A stretch of 64,000 bases of DNA, from assembly GCA_963753345.1 (NCBI GenBank), contig CAVWBU010000024.1, forward strand, positions 160,001-224,000, in the 5' to 3' direction. The notes beneath the pieces are model-generated. The model worked only from the letters and a program-made list of their open reading frames with translations. It was not told the DNA's origin and did no database searches. The DNA is from an uncultured Fibrobacterota bacterium (GTDB lineage: Bacteria; Fibrobacterota; Chitinivibrionia; Chitinivibrionales; FEN-1185). This document shows, in pieces, positions 1 through 9,402 of this stretch. The position numbers and the translations under genes are program-made. The first letter of the stretch is position 1. Each line of letters opens with the position of its first letter.

Positions 1-18
1 CTCCAGAGAGGCGATCAT

Positions 19-786
19 ATGAACCGGTGCATCGCCCTGCTCACCGATTTCGGCACGAGCGATTGGTTCGCGGCCAGCATGAAGGGCGCCATTCTTTCTG
101 CGAACCCCGACGCCAACATTGCGGATATCACTCACGATATTCCCGCAGGCGACCTTCGATCTGCGGCCTTCTGCCTGCTTTCCTGCTTTTCGTGCTTCCC
201 CAGGGAAACCATCTTTGTGGTTGTCGTTGACCCGGACGTTGGCGGCAGACGCGCGGCAATCGCCGTGCATGCGGGCGGATACTTTTTTGTGGGGCCGGAC
301 AACGGCGTGCTCTCGGCCGCTGCGGATAATTTTGACGATATTGAAATCAGGTCTATTGAGAATCCCCTCTGCATGCGCTCACCGGTGAGCACGACCTTTC
401 ACGGCCGAGACATTTTCGCGCCGACCGCGGCAAGACTGAGCCTCGGATTCCCTTTCGAAGACGTGGGTCCTTGTCGCGGCGACATGGTGCGCCACGCCAT
501 GCCGGTTGCGGAAAAAGAAGGCAATACCATCGTCGGCACGGTTCTTTATGCAGACCGTTTCGGCAATGTCATAACCAATATTCCGCCCTCACTTGTTTTA
601 CACCGCGCCATGGCGCTAAGGGTCGGCGACAACGCCATCCCGGTGTGCTCCTGCTATGGAGACGTCGGAGAGGGAGAGCTTCTGGCCCTTGCCGGTTCGT
701 GCGGATTCATCGAATTTTCGATCAACAGGGGAAGCGCGGCGCAGCGGCTGGGGCTCAAGGCCGGCGATACGGTTTTCGTGGATTAG
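19..786 (+). CDS. SAM hydroxide adenosyltransferase (DUF62; SAM-dependent chlorinase/fluorinase family)
   Basis: IALLTDFG, VVVVDPDVG, FVGPDNG, TTFHGRDIFAP, DRFGNVITN motifs; GAGG RBS. Confidence 0.92.
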   Translation: MNRCIALLTDFGTSDWFAASMKGAILSANPDANIADITHDIPAGDLRSAAFCLLSCFSCFPRETIFVVVVDPDVGGRRAAIAVHAGGYFFVGPDNGVLSAAADNFDDIEIRSIENPLCMRSPVSTTFHGRDIFAPTAARLSLGFPFEDVGPCRGDMVRHAMPVAEKEGNTIVGTVLYADRFGNVITNIPPSLVLHRAMALRVGDNAIPVCSCYGDVGEGELLALAGSCGFIEFSINRGSAAQRLGLKAGDTVFVD

Positions 787-916
787 CCGGCTGCCGCACC
801 CTCCTTTTTTTTAGCCCTGTCACCGCCAAGACTGGAAAGCTCGGACTCGGCAGGCCCTTCTCAGCCCCAAGGATTTGCCCCGTGCACCGTTGCCATATAT
901 TTTATCTGGCAACCTC

Positions 917-2806
917 ATGAACACATCCCTTCCCAAGGTTCCATCGGGCGTTGCGATCGGACTTGTTGTCGCCGCTCTCGGAGTGGTCTACGGGGATATC
1001 GGAACCAGCCCCTTGTATGCGTTCCGGATTTGCTTTGACGGACCCGGAGCAATTCCCACAACGCCCGAGAACATTCTTGGGGTGCTCTCACTCATTTTCT
1101 GGTCGCTGATCATCCTTATTTCCATCAAGTATCTGTCCTTTGTCCTGCGCGCGGACAACAAAGGCGAAGGTGGCATTCTTGCCATCACCACGCTCCTGGT
1201 GAAAGCAAAAGATAACGCTGTTCTAAAACGCAGCATCGTGCTGCTGCTCGGCCTGTTCGGTGCATCGCTCTTGTACGGAGATGGGCTCATAACACCGGTG
1301 ATTTCGGTGCTCAGCGCGGTTGAAGGTCTCAACACCGCCACGCCCGCGTTTACGCCGTATGTTGTGCCCATTTCCCTTGCCGTGCTTTTGTTTCTCTTCT
1401 GGTTCCAGAAACGCGGCAGCGGGACAATCGGCAAGGTCTTTGGCCCTATAATGATAGTGTGGTTTTCCGTGATCGGTTTTCTGGGACTTTTTTCGGTGGC
1501 TGCGAACCCGGCGGTGTTTCTTGCCATCGACCCGCGGCACATCCTGCCGTTTTTCCTTCACAACCGTGCGCATGCCTTCTTCACCCTCGGCACATTGTTC
1601 CTTGTGCTCACCGGCGGAGAGGCGCTGTATGCGGATATAGGACATTTCGGAACGCGTCCCATCCGTGCCGGTTGGTTCTATATCGTGTTGCCTGCCCTGG
1701 TCCTCAATTACTTCGGGCAGGGAGCGTTCCTGCTTCGCAATCCGACGCTTACCGACAACCTTTTTTACCGGCTCGCGCCTCCGTGGGCAGTGATACCCCT
1801 TGTCGTCCTTGCAACCGTCGCGACCGTCATTGCGTCGCAGGCCGTGATTTCGGGAGTGTTTTCACTCGCCCGGCAGTCGGTTCAGCTCGGCTTTTTACCC
1901 AGGTTGTCCATCATTCATACGTCAAACACCACCATCGGCCAGGTCTATGTGCCCGTTTTTAACTGGCTTCTGTGCTGCGGCACCGTCATTCTTGTTCTTG
2001 CTTTCAGGCAATCGGACAGCCTTGCTGGCGCCTATGGCGTTGCGGTGGCCACCACCATGATGATCACGACCCTCCTTCTGTTTCTCATTATGAGAAGAAC
2101 CTGGAACTGGAACCCTTTTGCCGCCGGCGGCATCTGCGCTGTTTTTTTCATGATCGACTGCACCTTCTTCTGCGCGAATCTTCTGAAAATCCGAGACGGC
2201 GGATGGATCTCGCTTGCTGTGGCCTGCTGCGTGATGTTCCTCATGATTACGTGGGACGACGGCAGGCGTTTGCTGCGCGGGAATATCGCAAGCGCGGCCC
2301 TTTCCATGAAGGACTTCATTGCCGACATCGTACCGCACAAGCCTCTCCGCGTCCCCGGAATATCCGTTTTTCTTGCCGGAGCAAAGGGGGGCGTGCCGCG
2401 CACGCTCCTGCACAATTACAAACACAACAAGATCCTTCACCACCAGGTGGTTGCCCTCACCGTTTCCACCAAAGAGGTGCCGACAGTTGACGAATCGGAA
2501 AGGCTGGAAGTGGACGACCTCGGCAACGGTTTTTACTGGATAACGGCGCGCTACGGTTTCAGCGAAACGCCGAACATCCCTTCCACTCTTTCTTCCGCGT
2601 CGGTGCGAGGGATCTCCTTCGACCCCATGCAGACCACCTTCTTTTTAGGCAGGGAAACCCTGATTGTTTCGCGCGAAAAAGGCGGGATGTCTATGCTCAG
2701 AAAAGGCGTCTTCGCGTTTCTTTCGCGCAACGCGTGCGATGCGTCGAAGTTCTTCCGGATTCCGCCGAACCGCGTCATTGAAATCGGAATTCAGGTGGAG
2801 CTCTAG
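917..2806 (+). CDS. kup: KUP/HAK/KT potassium uptake transporter
   Basis: GVVYGDIGTSPLY, ADNKGEGG, GGEALYADIGHFG motifs; many TM segments; start taken at ATG 917. Confidence 0.96.
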   Translation: MNTSLPKVPSGVAIGLVVAALGVVYGDIGTSPLYAFRICFDGPGAIPTTPENILGVLSLIFWSLIILISIKYLSFVLRADNKGEGGILAITTLLVKAKDNAVLKRSIVLLLGLFGASLLYGDGLITPVISVLSAVEGLNTATPAFTPYVVPISLAVLLFLFWFQKRGSGTIGKVFGPIMIVWFSVIGFLGLFSVAANPAVFLAIDPRHILPFFLHNRAHAFFTLGTLFLVLTGGEALYADIGHFGTRPIRAGWFYIVLPALVLNYFGQGAFLLRNPTLTDNLFYRLAPPWAVIPLVVLATVATVIASQAVISGVFSLARQSVQLGFLPRLSIIHTSNTTIGQVYVPVFNWLLCCGTVILVLAFRQSDSLAGAYGVAVATTMMITTLLLFLIMRRTWNWNPFAAGGICAVFFMIDCTFFCANLLKIRDGGWISLAVACCVMFLMITWDDGRRLLRGNIASAALSMKDFIADIVPHKPLRVPGISVFLAGAKGGVPRTLLHNYKHNKILHHQVVALTVSTKEVPTVDESERLEVDDLGNGFYWITARYGFSETPNIPSTLSSASVRGISFDPMQTTFFLGRETLIVSREKGGMSMLRKGVFAFLSRNACDASKFFRIPPNRVIEIGIQVEL

Positions 2807-3008
2807 CGAGCAGTTTGTCCTCCCTCCATCGCCACGGATTTCTTATATTTTTATGTGGTATACCATTTCCCCTTCCGGCATAGCTCCCGGCGAGGCCGTT
2901 CTTATTCGTAGACATTTGCGGGGCAAGGATTTATAATTGAAAGGCTGCCGGAGTATATCTTGACATGTTGACAAGCGCATTTCTTTTCGGTCGCCGTCCG
3001 GAACTACG

Positions 3009-4250
3009 ATGAAAAAAACCACACGCAAGAGCCCCATCCCGCCGTTTGCGCGCGCCGCATCGGCGCTTCAGGCGCGGGAGGAGCTTTCCATTGCCCGCGG
3101 GATCCAAACGGCCATGGTTCCAAAGCGGCTTCCGGCAGTGGAAGGCATCGAGATGGCTTCGCTGTACCTTCCTTCGGATCGGTTGGGCGGCGACCTCTTC
3201 GACGTAATCCAGAAAAGCGACGACGTTCTTGTGATAACCATATTCGACGTCGCGAGCAGCGGCGTCCCCGCCGCACTGCTCGCGTCCCTTGCAAAAGTGT
3301 CTTTTGCAAACAACATACGCGAGGTTTCCTCGCCGCGCGCGGTCATGGAGCGCGTCAACAGGGAAATGATGCGCAGCGTTTCGGCGCGCTATTACATCAC
3401 CGCGCTCGTCGCGTACCTTGACCTGCACGACAACAGGCTCACCTATTGCAACGCGGCCCACCCCTATCCGATTATCGTGCGCACCGGCTCAGGCGCGGTG
3501 GAGCCGATCAAGTCGACCGGCGTGTGCATGGGGCTGTTCGAAACGGGACAATTCGAGGAAAGAAGCCTGTATCTCAATTCCGGCGATTGGCTGCTGTTCT
3601 TTACCGACGGTTTGTACAGTCTCTTTCCAGGGGAGAATGCCCTCGCCAGCCGGAGACTGCTGGAACGGGAAGCTGCCGCATCGGCAGGTGACGGGTCGCC
3701 CGGGCAATTCATAAAAAGACTGCGGCGGCGCTGCACCGCGGCGGCCCGCAAAGCGGTCCGTGACGATGTCACCGTGCTGTCGATTGTGTTTCTTGCACAG
3801 TCACGCAAAAACCTTATCAAGGAAAAACTCGGCTTCATGCAAAACGATCCCGTGTATCTGCAGTTTATCAGTTATTTCGAGGAGATGGACAAGGCGACGT
3901 CGGTGATTCTGAGCGCCATGGATTCGCTCGGGTATCCCGACGAAAGCATCAGGAAGATGAAGATCATTCTCACCGAGTTGTTCGCCAACGCCATCTACCA
4001 CGGGAACAAGGGCGACCACGCGAAGAAGGTGACGGTGGGCCACACCATTGACAACAAAAAGGTGACCATATCCATCATGGACGAAGGGGACGGCTTTGAT
4101 CCGTCGAAGGTCCCCGACCCCACCCTGCCGGAAAACCTTGTGAAGGATTGCGGCAGAGGAATTTACATTGTGAGAAACTACGCCGATACATTGGAGTTCA
4201 ACGAGAAGGGAAACCGGGTGACCATAACGAAATACCATGTCACAAAATAA
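3009..4250 (+). CDS. SpoIIE/RsbU-type PP2C phosphatase fused to RsbW-like anti-sigma kinase (HATPase) domain
   Basis: GGDLFD, CNAAHP, FTDGL, DDVT in the PP2C part; ELFANAIYHG, DEGDGFD, GRGIY in the C-terminal GHKL domain. Confidence 0.9.
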   Translation: MKKTTRKSPIPPFARAASALQAREELSIARGIQTAMVPKRLPAVEGIEMASLYLPSDRLGGDLFDVIQKSDDVLVITIFDVASSGVPAALLASLAKVSFANNIREVSSPRAVMERVNREMMRSVSARYYITALVAYLDLHDNRLTYCNAAHPYPIIVRTGSGAVEPIKSTGVCMGLFETGQFEERSLYLNSGDWLLFFTDGLYSLFPGENALASRRLLEREAAASAGDGSPGQFIKRLRRRCTAAARKAVRDDVTVLSIVFLAQSRKNLIKEKLGFMQNDPVYLQFISYFEEMDKATSVILSAMDSLGYPDESIRKMKIILTELFANAIYHGNKGDHAKKVTVGHTIDNKKVTISIMDEGDGFDPSKVPDPTLPENLVKDCGRGIYIVRNYADTLEFNEKGNRVTITKYHVTK

Positions 4251-4830
4251 CCGTTCGGGACGCATCGGCGTGGCCGGATACATGGGCGCCGGAAAATCGG
4301 CGTTTTCGGCTCTGCTCTCCGAGATGAGGGGCACAAGGTGCATCGACGCCGACGCGGAAGCGAAGCTCCTCATGGAGGGCGACGGGCGGCTCCGAGACGA
4401 CCTTGCGCTCCTTTTCGGGCCCACGGTGGCTGCCGGGGCGGCCATCGATTTCGCGGCGCTCGGAAGAATTGCCTTTTCGTCAATAGCGGAAATGAGGAAG
4501 CTCAACGGCCTCGTCCATCCGCCGCTGGTGCGCAGGCTGCGCGACCTCGCATTGTCGCGGCCCGGCCCGTGCATCCTTGACGCGGCGCTCATTCCGTTCT
4601 GGCACATCGAAGACTGGTTTGATTGCTGCTTTTGGATTCAGGCGGCGCCCGGCCGCAGGCTACAGCGCGTGCTCTCCGCAACGGGACTGCCGGAAGAGGC
4701 GGTCCGGCAGCGGATGCTCATTCAGGAGACGCTCATGGCCGAACCCGCGGGGCCGAACTGGATATTTGTCAATAACGAAGGGACGCTTGGCGACCTTGCC
4801 GCCGCTGCAGGCAGGGGTTTGCGCGGATAG
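4237..4830 (+). CDS. coaE: dephospho-CoA kinase
   Basis: GYMGAGKS P-loop, IDAD, LNGLVHP, DAALI. Confidence 0.88.
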   Translation: MSQNNRSGRIGVAGYMGAGKSAFSALLSEMRGTRCIDADAEAKLLMEGDGRLRDDLALLFGPTVAAGAAIDFAALGRIAFSSIAEMRKLNGLVHPPLVRRLRDLALSRPGPCILDAALIPFWHIEDWFDCCFWIQAAPGRRLQRVLSATGLPEEAVRQRMLIQETLMAEPAGPNWIFVNNEGTLGDLAAAAGRGLRG

Positions 4831-4999
4831 GCGTGGCTTCGTGGGCGCGCGTTGCGTCCACGGACATCGAGAACAAGGATTTCGTGAATCCATTTTGCGC
4901 ATACGCGGAACAAATGCATTTTTTGCCGGATTCACGGCGAGCCGAGGGTATCACCTTCGAAGTTCCTGGCGAGTTTTCACCTGAACAACAGACCCAGCG

Positions 5000-6382
5000 T
5001 TGAGCATGTTGAAGGAACACCCATCCTTTGTCAAGCAGATGGTCGCCGCGGTCGACTGCGCGCTGATCATCGCTGCATTTGCGCTGTCCTATTCCATTGT
5101 CGTGCAGGTAAGGCCCCTCTCCCCGGCCCTCAATTACTGGTTCATGCTCGTCGGCTTTCTCGGGTTTTACCTGTATTTCGCCTGGACCAGGGAACTTTTC
5201 TCGGTGCTGCAGTTCAACTGGGCACGCCACCTGTTCTGGCGCATCGTTGCCATTTTTATGAGCGCAGGGATCTTGGGCGCATCTATTCTCTATGTAATGC
5301 GCGACACCTACAACAGCCGCATGCTGTACCTTTTTTTCGCCGGCATTTCGCTTGTCTTCATCGCCTCCGAGAAACTCGCGCTGCGGCAGTTCTTTTCCCG
5401 GATCCGGCGCAGCAACCGCAACACAACCCCGATAATCCTGTTTGGAAGAGGAAGGCAGGCCGTGCAGATGTACCAGGAAATCCTGGCGCACCCGGAATGG
5501 GGGTTCCGCGTGGTGAAGATTCTCGACTTGAAGACCATGCCGGCCCAGTTCGAGGAAATCCTCAAGAAAAACCACGTGGAAGAGGTCTTCTTCTGCATAC
5601 CTCGCCAGATAACCAAGGGAGGGTTCGTTATCGACCCCTACCTCCAGGTCTGCGAGGACATGGGCAGGCCCGCACGGGTTTTCATCAACCTGCTCGACTC
5701 GACGCGATTCGCCAGTTGGAAGTACCACAAGTTCATGGAGCGGCCCACCCTTATTTCGCATACCGTGGAGCTCGACCCCGACCAGGTGCTGTTCAAACGC
5801 ATCTTCGACATCGCGGGGGCAAGTGTCGGTCTTGTGGGGCTTGTCCTCCTGTATCCGCTCTTCGCAGCCGCGATCAAACTGAGCTCTCCCGGGCCTGTTT
5901 TTTTCAAACAGGAACGCGTGGGCCGCAACGGAAAACGGTTCCACATGTATAAGTTCCGTTCCATGACCGTGGACGCGGAAGAGCAGAAGAGACTTCTCCT
6001 TGACAGAAACGAAATGCAGGGCGCCGTTTTCAAGATCCGCGACGACCCCCGCGTCACGCGCGCGGGCCGCTTCATGCGCAGGTATTCACTCGACGAGCTG
6101 CCCCAGTTCATCAACGTTGTAAGGGGGGATATGTCGCTGGTGGGAACTCGGCCGCCCACACCCGACGAGGTGAACACCTACCAGAAATGGCAGTACCGGA
6201 GAATGAGCATCCGCCCCGGCCTCACCGGCCTCTGGCAGGTGAGCGGCCGCAACAAAGTACAGAATTTCAACGACATCGTGCGGCTCGACCTCAAGTATAT
6301 CGACTCATGGAGCATCTGGCTTGACATAAAGATATTGCTCAAGACGGTGTTCGTGATTTTTCAGAGGGACGCGGCATACTAA
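5000..6382 (+). CDS. polyprenyl-phosphate sugar phosphotransferase (WcaJ/WbaP family)
   Basis: KRIFD, KFRSM, DDPRVT, SLDELPQ, GDMSLVGTRP, PGLTGLWQV motifs; N-terminal TMs; start may be ATG 5006. Confidence 0.95.
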   Translation: MSMLKEHPSFVKQMVAAVDCALIIAAFALSYSIVVQVRPLSPALNYWFMLVGFLGFYLYFAWTRELFSVLQFNWARHLFWRIVAIFMSAGILGASILYVMRDTYNSRMLYLFFAGISLVFIASEKLALRQFFSRIRRSNRNTTPIILFGRGRQAVQMYQEILAHPEWGFRVVKILDLKTMPAQFEEILKKNHVEEVFFCIPRQITKGGFVIDPYLQVCEDMGRPARVFINLLDSTRFASWKYHKFMERPTLISHTVELDPDQVLFKRIFDIAGASVGLVGLVLLYPLFAAAIKLSSPGPVFFKQERVGRNGKRFHMYKFRSMTVDAEEQKRLLLDRNEMQGAVFKIRDDPRVTRAGRFMRRYSLDELPQFINVVRGDMSLVGTRPPTPDEVNTYQKWQYRRMSIRPGLTGLWQVSGRNKVQNFNDIVRLDLKYIDSWSIWLDIKILLKTVFVIFQRDAAY

Positions 6383-6399
6383 TAATCAATTCGTGTTTT

Positions 6400-6535
6400 G
6401 GGGGAGAGGTATCTCCCCCGGCCTCGGCCGGCTTCGCTGTCCTCGGCACTCCCCTCTCCAGGGTGACCCCCTAGAGGGAGCAGTTGCAAGAGTCAACTAC
6501 CTGTGCGGGGGCACCCACAAGCTGCAGTTGAGACG
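6400..6535 (+). repeat. structured intergenic element, family A copy 1
   Basis: Diverged homologue of 47417-47539 on the opposite strand; shared GGGGGA..GTATC..CCCC hairpin, GGGTG-N-CC...GGCACCCAC stem and AGCAGTYGCAAGA block. Confidence 0.8.
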
Positions 6536-6585
6536 GTGCCCGGTGAGAGATACTAAATCTCGCCGTAAGGAAAGGAAAGACTGCA

Positions 6586-8139
6586 TTGACGAACAAGAGA
6601 GCTATTTCATCAAGATTGATAAACTCATCATGCATGGCAGCCTTGCTATTAATCTCCATAGCGCCTTCCAATTCCTTTTCCGTTCAGCTCGAAAACTGGC
6701 GGCAGCCCTATTATACCCTCGCAAGCCGTCTCGGATGCTATTCCTCCTCGCCAAGCGGCATGTTCTGGGACGATCTGGGGCCGCTTCCGGATTCGGTGGC
6801 ATTTCTTGACAGAAGCGTGTGGCCCGACAGCGGCAGAACTGCCGCGAACCACTGGATTTTGGAACCCGCAGCGTTCGGGTCGATAGGAAACACGAACTCC
6901 TATTTCGGCAAGAACTCGGCGCTTGGCGCCACCTTGCTCAACGACATCCGCTACAAAGGATTTCTCACCCGTCAGGTTATCGACGTGGATTCGAGGTTCA
7001 TTGACGATCCGCAATACCCATGGTTAATGGACCGCGGAGTTGCCGCGCGTATTTCGGAAGCGTATCTCCAATACGGTTTCAAATACGGCTTTGTGCGCGT
7101 GGGCAGGCTCGACAGAAACTGGGGCCCGTTTGCGGACCGAAGTCTGATCCTGTCCGACAATACCTATAGCTACGACGGCATCGAGTTCGGCCTTCATTCG
7201 TCGTTTTTCGAGTTTCGCCATTTTTTCGCCGCGTTCCCGGATAAAAACCTATCTTGGGACCTCGACACCACGGGCACCAGCAGGTATCTTACCGCGCATT
7301 CCCTCGATTTCATGCTCGGCCGTTTCGGAACGGTCGGCATAACCGAAACCGTTGTATTCGGCAGGAAATCCGGCATCCCAGATTTACAGTATGTCAATCC
7401 AATGTCCGTCTATTTCGTCACGAACTGCAACGGCGAGGGCGGGGGCAACCTCATGGAGGCATTCCAGTGGAACCTGCACCCATTCACCGACAAGGTTTCC
7501 ATCAAAGGCCAGTTCCTTATCGACGACATTCAGGTTGACAGCAAGGGCCCCGGCAACGACAAGCCCAATGCTTGGGGCACTGATATGGGTCTGTTCTGGA
7601 ACGATTTTCTGCCCTTTTCACTTCCGCACGTATTGTCTTTTGAATACCGGTTCATCTCACGCTGGGTGTATACGGTCTCCGACGACAATTCCGCCGACGG
7701 CGAACGGTATACTTACCTTGGAAAGAGCCTTGGTTTTCCCACTGACGATGGCGATAGCGCGAATTTGTCATTCACGATTGCAGGCAAGAATTTCTGGGCG
7801 GCGCAGGCGGGCCTGAGTTACCAGCGTCAGGGCCAGGGAACAGTATTGTCAATATGGCATGACGACAGCTTATCGCTGGCAGACCCCTCAAAATATTCGC
7901 GCGACGCCCTTGGCTACCGGACGGAGCCGTCGATCCCCTCCGGCATTGTGGAAAGCACGTTCGATTTTTACCTTAACCTCATCGGCTATTACAAAAATTA
8001 TGTCGATTTTCAGGCGACCCTTCACAACAGATGGATAACCAATAAAGGACATGTCGTCTCTTCCCTCGCATACGATCCGCAGATATCCATTAGCCTCGGG
8101 CTGCATTACAGCAACTTCTTCGTCAAGCTGCCCAAATGA
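6586..8139 (+). CDS. Wzi-like capsule assembly outer-membrane protein
   Basis: Signal-peptide-like N-terminus; VGRLDRNWGP..SLILSDN, GITETVVFG, QFLIDD, GKSLGFP motifs; follows sugar transferase; start uncertain (ATG 6634 possible). Confidence 0.72.
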   Translation: MTNKRAISSRLINSSCMAALLLISIAPSNSFSVQLENWRQPYYTLASRLGCYSSSPSGMFWDDLGPLPDSVAFLDRSVWPDSGRTAANHWILEPAAFGSIGNTNSYFGKNSALGATLLNDIRYKGFLTRQVIDVDSRFIDDPQYPWLMDRGVAARISEAYLQYGFKYGFVRVGRLDRNWGPFADRSLILSDNTYSYDGIEFGLHSSFFEFRHFFAAFPDKNLSWDLDTTGTSRYLTAHSLDFMLGRFGTVGITETVVFGRKSGIPDLQYVNPMSVYFVTNCNGEGGGNLMEAFQWNLHPFTDKVSIKGQFLIDDIQVDSKGPGNDKPNAWGTDMGLFWNDFLPFSLPHVLSFEYRFISRWVYTVSDDNSADGERYTYLGKSLGFPTDDGDSANLSFTIAGKNFWAAQAGLSYQRQGQGTVLSIWHDDSLSLADPSKYSRDALGYRTEPSIPSGIVESTFDFYLNLIGYYKNYVDFQATLHNRWITNKGHVVSSLAYDPQISISLGLHYSNFFVKLPK

Positions 8140-8909
8140 CCGTACCTGTGCCCCGCTCTTCAAAGAGCTCATTACGGCGGAGCGCAGGACCCGCCCGCAG
8201 AACCGACCCGGCCGTTCCGTCCTCAGCAAAACGCATCGAGCGGAAGATCGCAGAAATCCTGAGGCTGCTCGCTGCATCGCGCTATCCGACATGCCTTGAC
8301 AAGAGGTTTGTCGGCGGCTATGCCCAAGTCCAAAACCTTTTTTCCGCCTATCAACGCGAGGTCCTTAAGGCCTATCCTCACAGGGTCACCTGCAGGGAAA
8401 AATGCGGCGTCTGCTGCAACCACTGGCCCGAAGACACCTATTCGTTCGAGGTGCAAATTATTGCCGAGTATCTGAAGAAGCACCGACCCGCCGAAATAAA
8501 CCGAATCACAAAAACGTTACGCGAGGACATGGCATGCCTAAAAAGAATAAGAACCGCCGTACGAAAAAGGCTGCTTGACCCTTGCGAGCGCGCCGCGCTG
8601 GGCGACATCGACCCGTACGACGTGGCGCTGTCGAGCTTCTACCGGTTCAACCGGCCCTGCCCGCTCCTTGACAAGAACGGGTCCTGCTCCATTTACCCTA
8701 TCCGGCCTTTCACGTGCAGAGTGTACGTGAGCTTTTCGCCCCCACAATATTGCAGGCCAGGCCGTATCCTCGGCGACAAGGCGATGACGTATCTGCTCGA
8801 TCTGGAAAAAGACGCCAGCGAATTATTCGACAGGCTGCACTTCATGTATGATGAGTTTGACGGGGATACGAGTTTGAGGTCGATGCTGTACAGGGCGTTG
8901 ACAAGATAA
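8136..8909 (+). CDS. YkgJ-family CxxCxxCC Zn/Fe-chelating protein
   Basis: CREKCGVCC ... CPLLDKNGSCSIYPIRPFTCR. Confidence 0.85.
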   Translation: MTVPVPRSSKSSLRRSAGPARRTDPAVPSSAKRIERKIAEILRLLAASRYPTCLDKRFVGGYAQVQNLFSAYQREVLKAYPHRVTCREKCGVCCNHWPEDTYSFEVQIIAEYLKKHRPAEINRITKTLREDMACLKRIRTAVRKRLLDPCERAALGDIDPYDVALSSFYRFNRPCPLLDKNGSCSIYPIRPFTCRVYVSFSPPQYCRPGRILGDKAMTYLLDLEKDASELFDRLHFMYDEFDGDTSLRSMLYRALTR

Positions 8910-8937
8910 TAGATAAACCAAGAATGAAAAGAAGATC

Positions 8938-9075
8938 TGGGCGCCCCGCCGAAGCCGGCGGCGGCCCTCCTTCCGGTCTCGGCCTTTGGCCTCGGGCCGC
9001 CACGGCCCTATGCCGCTTCGCGGCGGGTCCGGGCGGCACCGCGCTCCAGCGCGGCCTCCAGTCCGGCCTGGCGCG
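8938..9075 (+). repeat. structured intergenic element, family B copy 1
   Basis: Aligns by eye with 47151-47316 (CTCGGCCTT.G.CCTCG..GCCGCC..CCCTA..GGCGGCA..CGCT..AGC..CCTCC.GTCC..CCT..CGCG). Confidence 0.75.
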
Positions 9076-9402
9076 AAAAAATCACCAATAAGCAAGTTTG
9101 ATTTATCGCCGCGAAGCGGCATACCGCAAAGGTTGCGTTGCGAAGGGGCAACGCCGCGCGAGCGCAAGTCGAGCGCACCAGGCGTGCCTCTTTGCTGAAA
9201 GGGGTGTGCCACGAGACCCGCAGACGCGCGCAGCGCGGCGAGGAGGCTTGGGGCCAGGGGGAAACGCGAAGCGGTGCCCCCACCCAAGAATTGACATTTT
9301 AATTTATTTTACAATCCCCATCAAGCAAGAATTCTTCGTCAAACGCACCCTAGAGATATATTTTTATTAAACAAGATTTAACGGAGGTCAATTACGGGAA
9401 AA

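Noticed and set aside
19-786. Fluorinase/chlorinase
   Set aside because: DP..G.R and TFHGRD residues and the length fit the common SAM hydrolase (DUF62) subgroup; no halometabolite genes nearby
9291-9315. TTGACA...TACAAT promoter for nifS
   Set aside because: The spacer is only 13 nt; the region is probably regulatory but the pairing is not canonical
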